In this document: positions 1 to 11,817 of the stretch, piece by piece
Position numbering within the stretch: the first letter of the stretch is position 1
Layout of the letters: the number at the start of each line of letters is the position of its first letter
Assembly (NCBI GenBank): GCA_000165425.1
Contig: CT868629.1
Coordinates: forward strand, 248,001-312,000
DNA from: Paramecium tetraurelia
Taxonomy: Eukaryota
Direction: 5' to 3'
DNA: 64,000 bases
Translations under genes and position numbers: made by a program
The notes under the pieces: model-generated
What the model saw: the letters and a program-made list of their open reading frames with translations, nothing else
Database searches by the model: none
Told to the model about the DNA's origin: nothing

Positions 1-1664
1 ACAAAGTCTTTTAAATGTGCTTAGTTTAAGGATCATCAGCAAGGACCTAAATATTATGGTATTTTAATTACAATCCAATCTTACTTTTCTCCATCTTGAT
101 CACTCTCATCAGAGTCTACATAATCAGAATCCTCAACTTCATCTTTTTGCGCTTAAATGTCATCTTCCTTAAAATATAAATGATGTTACTTCTTGATTTT
201 ATTAATTTGACCTATCTAAATCATTTGAATCTGGATTCGCTTTTTGTTTGTGATCTTCTTCTTCCTTTTCTTTTCTTTCAGCTTCTTCCTGCGCTCTTCT
301 TTCCTCTTCCTTCTACTACTGACTCAGCACTTATTCTTCATACTATTATCTTTTTCTTCTATATATATCCTCAACATCCTAAAACACTTTCAATTCTTTT
401 GATAATCCTTGAGATTTTATTACTTCAATTTAAGCAATAATTTAATCATTTGAGACCATTTTTTCTTTACAGAAATCTGCAACTTTTTAACTTGTAGTAA
501 AAAGCAATGACATTGTACTTTTCAAACTAGATATTCTTTTTTCTTTTGCAGCAAGATACGATTTTTCTTTCTACATGATTTCTATCTCGACTTCCTTCTA
601 TCTGATTCCTTAATCCAATTATTCAAATTCTTTCTCTTTCTCTTATTATTCTTTCAGATTCTAGTTCTCCTTCAATAAAAATAAAACTATCTCATTTATC
701 TCAATAATAATTCTTGCTTGATCTTTGATATCAATATCGTATATTCCTTTTATTACTTCCTTTTTCTCCGAGACCAATTCATCTACCAACATAATTTAAA
801 AAGATTCTAATTTATCATATTCTTAGGTGAATTACTGCACTTTCTCTTAAAATTTGAAATCTTAATGGAAGATGTGCTGTTTAATCGCTTTCCAAGCAAA
901 TAAATTTTCATACATCTTTGATTCCTCTTCTGATAAGGCCACTCTCTTTATTGGTCTTGAACCCGAAAGAGGTTTTCTACCCCCGCAAGCAAATATTCCT
1001 GTACTCTAAGGTGGGGCTGGCTAATTTATAATTGATTCAGGCTATAATTGAATTTTTTCAACTTTTAACTTAAGTTCTTCTGCAAGTTATATTGGTCCTT
1101 TTTTCTTCTTTAATAAGCATCCTATCACCCAATTAAAAATGACCCCAGTCTTATTATCTGGTTCAGGAACATCGAGTTTATCTTTTGATATCACTAATAT
1201 TACTTAATATTGAAAGCTAAATTTCTTCAATTAATTTGATTAATTTTGCTTTTTATTTTATAGTCTCTTGCTCAGCCCATTTCTTTTATTCCTCAGTTTA
1301 TTTCAATTTTAATTCTATGTTTTTAAATTCTTTCTAAGCTGAATTCAATTCTAAATCTATGTGGGTTGGCACTTTTAATTGCTAAACATAACTCAAATTT
1401 TTACTTCCAATATTTTTATCCCTTCCATAACGGATGAATTCAATTATTCTCCCTTTACCTAGACCTCTCTCAAATATTAATCCTAAGTTAAAGCAAGATG
1501 AATACTTCTCCATCAATATAATTTTTGATTTGAATATTTAGATTCGTACTAACGGTATCAACTTCACTTCTTCTTTTCAAACAATAATTTCGAGCATCGT
1601 CAAATTTGCTTATTTGATCCACATCATCAATAAATCTACAATCCGTTATTTAAAGTGTATACAT
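1..1664 (-). CDS. Hypothetical protein, charged/coiled-coil rich, 3' end beyond window
   Basis: ATG at 1664 (MYTLQITDCRFIDDVDQ...), open in code 6 after removing two 23-nt introns (gtattcatcttgctttaacttag, gtaaaaatttgagttatgtttag); E/K/R-rich downstream; internal structure only partly resolved. Confidence 0.6.
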
Positions 1665-1698
1665 AAATTAAATAATTAATATAAATAATAAAAATAAT

Positions 1699-1854
1699 AT
1701 GGGCTCATCAAACTCAAAACAACCTTCTATCTGTGATTAGACTAGAGTTCAAAGGGATCGATGCATCTTTAAAAATGGCGAAAACAACTGCATCAATGAG
1801 ATAGCCTAGCACACTTAATGCATGAAGGATAAAGGTTTTGCATTAAAAAGTTGA
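1699..1854 (+). CDS. COX17: COX17-like twin CX9C microprotein, 51 aa
   Basis: MGSSNSKQPSICDQTRVQRDRCIFKNGENNCINEIAQHTQCMKDKGFALKS*: C12-C22 and C31-C41 spacing; RDxCI..GE..C...I..H..CM...GF pattern of COX17. Confidence 0.75.
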
Positions 1855-1881
1855 TTATTTTATTTTATCATAAATTAATTA

Positions 1882-3528
1882 ATGGAAATTGAAAAAGAAA
1901 TCATTAAACTGTCATCTTGCTAGAAATTCTTACTAATTTAAAGTTTTAGAACATTGATCAATATAATTGATTTGGAGAATTTTAAACAGAAGCAAATCAA
2001 CTTCAGAGATGCTGAAATTTCATTTATTGATTACTTTGAAAATGAATTACTTGTGGGAGACAAATAAGGAAAATTTTATTACAAGAATGAATCATTTTAA
2101 GTGCACTCTAGTTAATTTTTAAATGGAATAGTTAAAGACGGAATGCTATTATCTTTGGGTTCAGATGGTTTACTAAAACAAACCAATATCAAAACTTTTT
2201 AATGCTTATACTCTAGATAATTGTCAAATCATATTAAGGAGGGTGCCTTGTTTCTTTTGAGTTCTCATGTCTTGGTTCAGTTCGGCTAAAAGATTGCATT
2301 AATCAACTTAGAAAATGATGTAAAAGATTGTTATAATATAGGTGATAGAAACGAAGTATAAAATCAATCAATAGGGACCTTTGATAGTCAAGACAAATAA
2401 CTTATCAAGGGACTATTTCTCTGTCCTAGGCAAGGAAGGTTTGCTGAAGATATTCAAATTAGGAGAGAGTTCAGAAGCAATATTAACTATTGAAATTGGA
2501 ATCTATGAAAATTATGAACTATTTTATATGGCTAAGAAAACAACAGTTCTTTTTTGGAATCAAGATAGCATATCAGGGTATGTTTTTGAAAAAGAATTGA
2601 ATAAATAATATGAAGTGAAAATAAATAATTTATAATCTGTTTTATAAGGAGAAAGATTATTAATTGTATATGATAATATAAGCAATCCTAAATTAAAATA
2701 GATAAACAATATTGAGTGCTAAAAGTTCAAATCCTTATACTAATAAGAATAATTATTAAGATTCAATGAATTGCAATAATCAAAATAACTGGAATAATAG
2801 CAAAATAAGTAACAATAAAATCCTATTCCAATTGCTTTTTATGATTTTGCTTACTTTAATAATCAAGCCTCTATCGTGATGGAAGATAAAAATGAGCCAA
2901 AAAAGGTTACAAGTGAATAAAATTTGATTAATGTGCTTAAATAATCATTAATTGCAAAGGATAAGGCTTATTTAGAATATGCTTTAGAGAGAACTCTTCA
3001 AAGTGGTATTTCCGAATCTGTGAATAGTTTGCAGCTTGAACAATTACAAGAGTTGTAGCATTTCATTGTAGATAAATTGATAAGTTATCCTGAATAAACA
3101 AAGAAGTATTTGGATTGGATTAAAGCAATAGTGAAGAGAGGAGTTGGAGATTTCTCTAAATTGTATTATCTTTTGGAAGAGCGAACAAAATCAATTAATA
3201 AATTAGAGGCTATCTGTTCAAAGATACAATTTAATAAGTTGACTCAGAAACCAAAGCAAGATAAAGATTATAGAAAACAATAACATACTATTTATGAAGA
3301 ATAATAGAATGATGTTACTATAATTTAAGGAACTCTCGCTGAAAAACAGATTGTTGAACATAACTAGGATGAAGAATAGCCTGCCTAAATTGAAGATGAT
3401 TTCAATTAAGCTTATATTAAAGTAAATAATTAATGTTATATAATTTATAGCATAAATAAGAACTCAGATAAAAGGCTTATGAAGATATAGAGGAGGAAGC
3501 ATATAATGAGGAAGATATAAAATTTTGA
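1882..3528 (+). CDS. WD40 + Utp12-domain SSU processome protein (WDR43/UTP5-like)
   Basis: WD-like N-terminus (LLSLGSDGLLKQTNI); Utp12-like NLINVLKQSLIAKDKAYLEYAL...YLDWIKAIV...LEERTKSINKL; acidic tail; introns 2356-2374 and 3422-3450. Confidence 0.7.
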
Positions 3529-3565
3529 TTAATTATGTTTATATTTATATAAGTCAATCAAGTTA

Positions 3566-4562
3566 TCAATTTATTATAACTAAACTCTTTGATTGTGATA
3601 TCGGTTTTCAATTCTAAAACAGTGGAATTCAATTAAGGAATTTTATTTAGATTTTGTTGTAATTGATTTACTTAATTCATTACCTAATCATAGGGATCTT
3701 CACTTTATTATTTGAATAGTTTTACTGATTCTATAAAATCATCTTTTTCATTCAGTCTGTTTTCGAAATCATCTTTGTAGACTAAACTGGTTTAAACTAG
3801 TTAATCAATGTCGCTTCTGATTTATTTTAATTGAAACTTCGAGATAATTAAATTATAAATTACATCAACTTTCTCATTGAATTCAGCCTATATAACTTGG
3901 CATTTCATTTTAAGCTGATCCTATATATTCTCTAAGAATTCCGATAACTATTACTTAGATTATTCTGCTTGATATTTGACTTTCTAAATAAAAGAATATT
4001 TCATTACATGGAATAATTGCATTTATTATAGTATTAGGTTTCCAATGAGTTCATTTTTTGAATTATCTGCTTTTAGAAATATTAAGATTGGTTATTCAAT
4101 AAATTCAGCCAATTTAACAATTTAATCATGTTTACATTGGAATATTTTATATTTACATTCTTTACATAATAAGTGAGTATCACATTTAGGGAAACAACAA
4201 ATGAACTATGCAGTTCTCTTTCTTTATTATGCTTTGTTGAAATGCTTAGCACATTAATAATGTGAAGGAGATTATTTAGGCGAATCTGAAAAATCTCTTT
4301 CCCTTTCTCTAGATGTTTAAGCATTAGATCTCTTAGTGGAATGTCTCTGAAAATAATTATCGAATCTATTTGAGTGTTATTTAGAATCTTCAGGAGGTTC
4401 CCAAAGTGAGTTCATATCAGATCTTCTAGTAGCCAGTACTTTGACCAAGTTGAGATTAGCCTTGCTAGAAATGCCACTTTTATTAAGGGAATTTGGTTTG
4501 CTATGAATGTTTTCCTTCATAAGGTTAACATGGATGATTGGAGATTTGTCTCTTTTTTGCAT
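3566..4562 (-). CDS. Hypothetical protein with B-box-like Cys/His cluster and coiled coil
   Basis: MQKRDKSP...CAKH...FICCFPKCDTHLLCKECKYKIFQCKH then heptad-rich region; one ~23-nt intron; TGA at 3566-3568. Confidence 0.65.
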
Positions 4563-4609
4563 TCGTTAAAAAATATAAATTTTATATATAATTTTACAAA
4601 CATAATATA

Positions 4610-7600
4610 ATGCAGGAAAGACCTCAATTAATATTATCCACCGAGGAAAATATGGATGACTATAAGGAACCGAATTTGGAGGAAAGTGTAGAATTTGTGG
4701 AAATTAAACATGATTTTTGTGATTCTCAACCTCAGAGACATAGTCTGCCTGAAAGTTTGAGTTAAAACATTTTGACTTAAATTCAAGAGTTTCATGAGTT
4801 CTTACCTCATCAAGAGATGTAAACCAAGGAATCAGAAGTTAAGAAAATAGAAAATAGAAAATTTACAATTAGAGTTTATTATTTCGTAAAAAGATTCCTC
4901 ACCAAACTATCAGTAAGTAGAAGACATAAATTATTCTTTAAAAGCATCCATTTTTAAATTGTTGGAGATAAGGCAAGTGGGGAATTAGAGAAATTGGGGT
5001 AGATTAAAAAGAAGGATCGAAGTAGAAAGAGTCATTAAAAATCAATCTCATGCTATAATCCTTTGACTGGTCTATTGAAAATGCTACCTATAATTTATCC
5101 TCAATCAGTATCCAAAATTATTTGGGATCTCTGCTTGTGTATAGTATTAATTTACTTTTTTATAATGATTCCATTAGAATTGGCTTTCAATAATTCGATT
5201 ATGTATTTCTAATCTATTTGGTTAACTGTTCCATTTTATTTATTTCTCATTATCGATTACCTAATGAAAATGAACACAGTCTACTATGAATACGGATAAC
5301 CTATCATAGATAGATCATTAATTTTCAATAATTATTTAAAATAAGGCTTATTAATCGATGGTATTTCATTAATAGTTTTATTGTGTGCCTTTTTTAATGA
5401 CTACTTCATTCGAAATCGCTGGCTCAACCTTTCACTAATACTCTTCATCACTTAATATCATTACTTTGCTAATGTAGTTCGGAATATGGAGGAATCCATT
5501 CATTTAAGCAAAACTCAATCATCAATTGTCAATCTAGCCAAATTAATTTTCACAATTCTTTATTTTCTACATATTTTTAGTTGTCTGTGGTATTATATAG
5601 GTTCGTATGCCAATGAAATAGGAATGGTTAATTGGTTGGACAATCGTCATCTATCGGAAGCCCCTTATGAAACACAATATTTAGAGGCTTTCTATTTTTC
5701 GACAGTAACAATGATTAGTGTGGGATACGGAGACATAGTGCCTTTAAGTAATAAACAAAAGTATTTTAGATGCCTTGGAGAAGATTTGTACAATCATTTT
5801 TATGTTCACTACCTGTGTGTAATTGTCGTTCAGTGTTAATACAGTGGGAGAGATATTAAATTCGATTAGTTTGTCAACTGAAAATACGACTGAAAAGATT
5901 CGGATCATTAATAAATTCATGAATAGAAAGAAAATCAGCTTTGAATTGCAATATTAGTAATTAAATAAAATAGTATACTTAGAATAAGGGAATACATTAA
6001 AATATATTGGAGTCAACAATTGCAATAAGAAAATGAAGAGGAGGAAAAATTAATTACTTCCTTATCGGAGAATCTAAAGAATAAATTGATACACGAGGCT
6101 AATTTCTCAATCATTGAGAAGTGCGATTTATTTTAACAAACCTTTTCTGTTGATACCAAATAAAAATTAATCAAATTGTTCAAAACAGTACTCATAACTC
6201 CAGAATAGACCATTACCTGTGAATTACCAGAGTATAATGAACCTTGCTTATGTTTTATTGATTAAGGAACATTAAATATTTGTGCTAATATTACGGATCG
6301 CTCTGAAAGTATAACTTATTCTCAAGGGTAATTCATCGGATTGGAAGAGATGCTTACTGGTTAATAGCCCTAATTACAATTGCAATCTTTGTCATTTGTT
6401 AAACTACTAGTTCTAACAAGAACTGATTTTCTTAATACATTAAAGGATAATCCACAAGATTACGAATCCTTTTGTTAAATGAAAGATGAAATACTTCTAC
6501 ACCAAAGAGATTCAAAAGCCCAATGTAAATCTTGCAATTGCATGGGTCATGATATTTAAAATTGTCCTATTGTTCATTTCGTAATTGATAAAGAAAGAGT
6601 CATCAAATCGTATTAATTTTAATCAGAACAAACACGAGTTCCAGGTTTGAGAAATCGAAGTCGTATAAGAAATCAATTTAATGCCATATTTGATTAATGG
6701 TTTCTACAGGAAATTGCATCTATGATGAAGAATCAAGAAGACTTGCCAATTGTGTAATTTTATGGCATTTAATATGTGGAAGATTCAGAAATCAAACCAC
6801 CACAGTAATAAGTATAATAGTCTAAGAATTCGATAACTACTAATGATCGTGATCGTGGATCTGTTTGTTATGTAGATTAAATTATTCAAAATCCAGTCAC
6901 TTTTTCGCCTGCTAAATCCTTTGATCATTCTATTTTTCGTAAATTTATATTTTAATTTAGATCCTTAGAGTAAGGTATAGCGGAAAAATTATCCTAGGTA
7001 AAGTATTAGAATAAAAAACACAGTGATTAAGATTAAATTCTAAAAAATAATTAGGAAGGTTATGAAAATGCAAAATTATTCAAAAGCATTCTCTAGATAA
7101 AATAATAGAGAATCAGACCATATGTTTCATAAAAACATTAAATTTATTGTAGATAATTATTTTAAGACTAATTCTTTGAAGGATTATCTAAATAAAGTTG
7201 AGTATGAAAATCTGTATTTTCTCAGAATGAAATGCGATTTAATTTAATTCTCAGAACTAGTTTTATCAAAGCCATTTGAGATATAAAAGGAATATTAATT
7301 ATATTAAGTGCATAATAATTTATCGCATGTAATTAAGAAAACAGATTTATATTTAGAGTAATAAAGAATTAGAATAATGTCAAAATAAGAAACGCCAAAA
7401 AATGATAAATTAATACATTTGAGTTAAGAGGAAAGAAAAATGGTCTTGAGGGACAGCCTTATGAGGTATGTTTCCTTTCCGAACGTATACTTTGAAAAGT
7501 ACTACGAAAAGAAGGAACAAAATGAAATTCCTTAATCAATTGGACAGAACAAAGCAAGAGCCTTATTCAAAGCCTACAAGAAAAAACAATTAATGAGGCA

Positions 7601-7697
7601 GAATGCATTTCTTATACCTTCAAATCAAAGGAATGATAGCAAAGGGCTGAAGTCGTCTTTATCTGTAGGAATCAATGTAATAGTACCTGAAAATTGA
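4610..7697 (+). CDS. 6-TM K+ channel with cyclic-nucleotide-binding-homology domain (KCNH/CNG-like)
   Basis: Pore YFSTVTMISVGYGDIVP; S1 KIIWDLCLCIVLIYFFIMIPLELAF; C-linker and CNB-like domain; CCHC knuckle; several tiny introns. Confidence 0.9.
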
Positions 7698-7754
7698 TTA
7701 ATGTGTAAAAACAATAATTAAATTATTACTACAGTTGAATAATTATATAATAAA

Positions 7755-8567
7755 ATGTAATATGATCGATCACTTTTGACAGTTGATATTTTAGGGGCGC
7801 AACCAAAATCCAGAAATGCGTATATGAATAGGTTGTTGCCGAATCAATTCAGATACGAAGAACAAATCAGAGTTTAGTAATGAATATAAAGTCATGAAAG
7901 ACAACAAGTTCCAAGGCAGGATTACAAATTTGGGAGAAGGAGGTACTAACATGATTTCCATCATTTCTGCAACATTTGTATTCCTCAAGGAGAAGAGTAC
8001 TTCGAAAAATCGAATAAGAAACACTTCGTAATCCCAGAAGGAGAGATCAAATAATATAGAGCATTGGAGAATTATTACGATCAACCCAAGTATGATAATT
8101 GTTTGTGATGAGGATAAATTGAGGTTGATAGGTTACTCTGTACAAATGACATTGATGGAGCGGTTCCTGGTTCTTTGCAGAGTAAGGCAGTCCGCAATCA
8201 GGAAGTGGCTTAAAAGCTGAGAATATAGAGAGAGGAGCAGAGAGCACAAAAAAACAAAGCATTATACTAATCCCAAATGGAATAGAGTTATGAGGAATAA
8301 GAGACCTACTCTCCAATACCTTAAAGAAATAAATCCTATTCAGTTCAAATATCGCCTGTGTAATAGCAAGAGATAAAGGCTCAACCCTATGACTATATGA
8401 ACAAGCCCTTAAAACTCCCTCCGATTAGTGATAGAATCGTGACTTCCACGAATCCAGCAAACAGTAAACTATAGCTTCGAGAGAACCCTAAGGTGTTTTT
8501 ATCCTAGGATTAAGATAAGACTTAGAAGTTGTTATAGAAGTAACCAGCATTGAGATTATTTGTTTGA
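7755..8567 (+). CDS. Hypothetical protein with two DIxGAxP motifs
   Basis: MQYDRSLLTVDILGAQPKSR... and LLCTNDIDGAVPGSL; open after removing two TGA-containing 3n introns (~7877-7900, ~8105-8131). Confidence 0.6.
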
Positions 8568-8572
8568 TATAA

Positions 8573-9133
8573 TCACGAATAAAATTCCTACTAATTTTGT
8601 TTATTTTCTCTGAGATAGTGTTGCGGAAGATTCCACTTGACGTATTTTTTCTGCTCTGTTGATTTTTTAGGAGGTTCTGTACCCATGCTCTGCATTTTGG
8701 GTCTGTTAACAGTTCCGATATCGGACAAGGAAAGAGGAGCCGAACTCTATTCTACATTATTGGAGAGGTTCTTATTGGAATCAACTTCAAAAATGTATAA
8801 CGATCTGGACTTGATGAAGGATTTATGGGGTTTGGACTTCCTTCTTTGTTTTTGTGATTCAGTTGTGATATTGCAATAATCTGATAACAGATATATGGAT
8901 TTGTCAGAGTTGGATGATTTGCTTCTACTGGTTGGTTTCTGGGTGGATGAAAACTTAGATTGTCGATCTGTTGATTCTCCTGGAGATCTTTTCTTGGAAC
9001 GATTCCTGGATGATTGTTCTGTGAATCTATTGCTTCTGATAGTACGGATTTCATTTTGGTCACAAGAGCAATCGCAAGACACATAATTGATGTAACATTG
9101 ACATTAACAATTCCCTATAGTAATTGTTCCCAT
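8573..9133 (-). CDS. Small Ser/Lys-rich protein with N-terminal Gly/Cys cluster (putatively acylated)
   Basis: Intronless in code 6: MGTITIGNCQCQCYINYVSCDCSCDQNEIRT...KYVKWNLPQHYLRENKQNQQEFYS*. Confidence 0.7.
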
Positions 9134-9154
9134 TTAATTGATAAATTTAATTAA

Positions 9155-9928
9155 TCAATTTCCGAATATGAATCCCAAAACCATCGATATTACACCCGTT
9201 ATCAACACTTATTTCAAATCGAATTTGTTGCCTATTCCGAGAATATGACATAATAAATACCAAGATGTTTAACAGCAGCTTATTGCTACTTCACACTCTT
9301 TAGTATCAATTAATAATCGGAAAGTTCCTTGGTCTAAAGGTAATGGGAATAGTACATACCATTTGATCTATCTGCTCTTGATATCTCTATATCTCCTCAT
9401 CTTTTTGCCTTGATTGTGGATCAACTATTGATTAGTACAATAGATTCATCACATCATTATTTTCTGATGCCACACTTTATTGCAATTGTTATGGAATATT
9501 TTCTTGTTGGACTTCCGCAGGCTTAATTCGACTCCTCACTTGCACTTACTGTATCAGTGATGCATCTAGAGATCTCCAAAAATTAGCAAGATCTTTCTTA
9601 TAGAAATTGGTATACCCTATTCTTCTTATAGAAGTGTGCACGCGTTTATTTGAAATTTAGAAATCAAATTGCCATCCGCCTTGAGAGGTTGGGCTGTCGT
9701 GATTACAATGGAGACTTGATTGTTAGGCTGTATGAGGCCGATACTTGGTTTCACTTAGAATTGCATTGGGTTAGCAGTTTTGATCTGATCATAGGTGAGT
9801 ATGTTTACTTTGAATGATAATTAATTAGAAGTCAAGTTGAAAACATTGAGGGTGGTTTAACCTAATTTACCTTCCTCGGCAACGAAGTCTAAATATTATT
9901 TAGGTTCAATATCAATTAATCCTTACAT
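9155..9928 (-). CDS. VAP: VAMP-associated protein (MSP domain, coiled coil, C-terminal TM anchor)
   Basis: LIDIEPKQYLDF...LSFK|IKTANPMQFQVKPSIGLI...SKFQINA; C-terminal VLITGVISMVLGFIFGN*; four tiny introns. Confidence 0.85.
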
Positions 9929-10068
9929 AAATTATATTTAATATTTTGATTATACGAGTGTCTCTATTAATCCAAGGATATTATTATGTTATTCACAAAT
10001 AGAGGTGCATTCACAATTCAAATTTCATTTGCTTTTAAAGATTAAATAGACGATTCGATTATTAATTA

Positions 10069-11817
10069 ATGTTATTTTTATTAATTACCATTGTATTGTC
10101 TAAGGAAGATCAAAGCATCAGGATTTCACAGAGTTGTGCCACTTATCTCACTGGTTATTTTTGGAATGGACAATAATGTATTTAATGTAAACAGCCCTCT
10201 TGTAAATGCTAAAAGTCGCAAGGTTGTGATACATGTTTGAATTAATACTACTATGATTCAACTGCATAAACTTGTACTCCTTGTCCCAAGGGATGCATCA
10301 AATGCTGTAAATCGGATGAGTTGACGTAATACATCTGCACACTCTGTCTAAATGGCTATATTATGATAAATGGAGTATGTCTCAAAGTTGATGCATGCAC
10401 CCAAATTTCAATTCATGGCAGATGTCAAAAATGTATAGATAAGTACTTTCTCTAAGAGAGCTGTTAAGCATGTCCAGAAGGATGCTCAGCTTGTGATTCA
10501 AAGTATTATTGCACTGTTTGTGATGATGGTTATTACTTGGCCATTAATGAATAAAGTGTGAGTTGTTTGACTTGTAATCCTGAAGAAGATCGGGAGGGAT
10601 GCAAATCATGTGTTTTAGATTCAAAGTAATTGATTTGTTTAGATTGTCTTGATACTTATTATTTTGATCAAGAAAACGACATATGTCTGAAATGTCCAGT
10701 TGGCTGTTTCACATGTCAAAACCCTAGTCAACTTCCACAGATTTGTTATACCTGTCTAACAGGTTATTTATTAGCTGCTGATGATTCCTATTGCGAGAAT
10801 TGTCAATAGTAAATTCCAAATTGTATGAAATGTTCTACTAATGAAAGAAGTAGGAATTTCTAGTGTGTAGATTGCAACAATGGATATTATTTAACACAGG
10901 ATTCAAAATCTTGCTAGCCTTGTAATAATGGCAGCAACAACTTCAGGAGATGCGAATCACTTACTCATCCTACTTAATGTAGTGTTGGATATCTACTCTT
11001 TCAAAATTCCAATAGTTATACTTGTGTTTTAAATACACATTCTTGTTACACCATTGATAATATATAAGGTCAATGCAAAGACTGCAATTTTGGGTTTAAT
11101 CTAGTCTTAGACACCTCCTTGTAAATGAGTGTCTGCAAAAACTGCACAGAAAACATCAAAAATTGTATCACTTGCGATGTTGATAATAGCAGACAACTCA
11201 TCTGTAAAGAATGCATTGATGGTTACTATGGTAATCTTTGTGTGTAATGTACATCCAATTGTAAAAAATGTTTAAACGAATCGCAATGCCTAACTTGTTC
11301 ATCTGGTTATTATCTGGATGACTCAAATAAATGTCAAAGTTGTGAGGTTAGTTTTTGTATGGAATGCACTAAATTAAAGGAATGCGCAAGGTGTGAAAAC
11401 AACTATGGTCTCTCTGAATCAATTTGCAAACCGTGTTTGTCTGGTTGTCAAAATTGCGATGGAAATTTGGAAAAATGTAATGTTTGCAGTGATAAATACT
11501 ATTTGACTGCTACTGACAATAACTGCAAAAGATATAAAGAAAATTGTTTGGCTACAAATGTCAACGGGTATTGCTACCTTTGTGAAACTCAGATTACCTA
11601 TGATTAATCACAGGATCGTTTTTACGATGAGGGCGAAGAGACTCCAATATTCGATGAGCAAGCAGATAGTTAATTTTATATTAGCAACAATGGTTATTGT
11701 TTAAAATGCAATGATTATGTAACTGGATCATTTAATTGTCCATAAATTTGCAAAGTCGATGAAGAATTTGCATCACATCTTTTACCCGCCATATTGATTT
11801 TATTAATATTTTAATGA
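10069..11817 (+). CDS. Cys-rich (CxxC/furin-like repeat) surface protein, signal peptide and probable GPI signal, 582 aa
   Basis: MLFLLITIVLS signal; many CxxCxxGC..C repeats; hydrophobic end HLLPAILILLIFQ*; intronless 1749 nt. Confidence 0.85.

Noticed and set aside
180..440. Hydrophobic plus-strand ORF, and similar track ORFs (7791-8316, 8637-9086 +, 31298, 33590, 35442, 46524, 48184, 51609-51994 +, 61433)
   Set aside because: Antisense or off-frame shadows of real code-6 genes; Leu/Phe richness is the complement of Lys/Glu codons
10069..11817. Possible immobilisation (i-) antigen
   Set aside because: Much shorter than Paramecium i-antigens and CxxC furin-like rather than their periodic repeat; a common ciliate family
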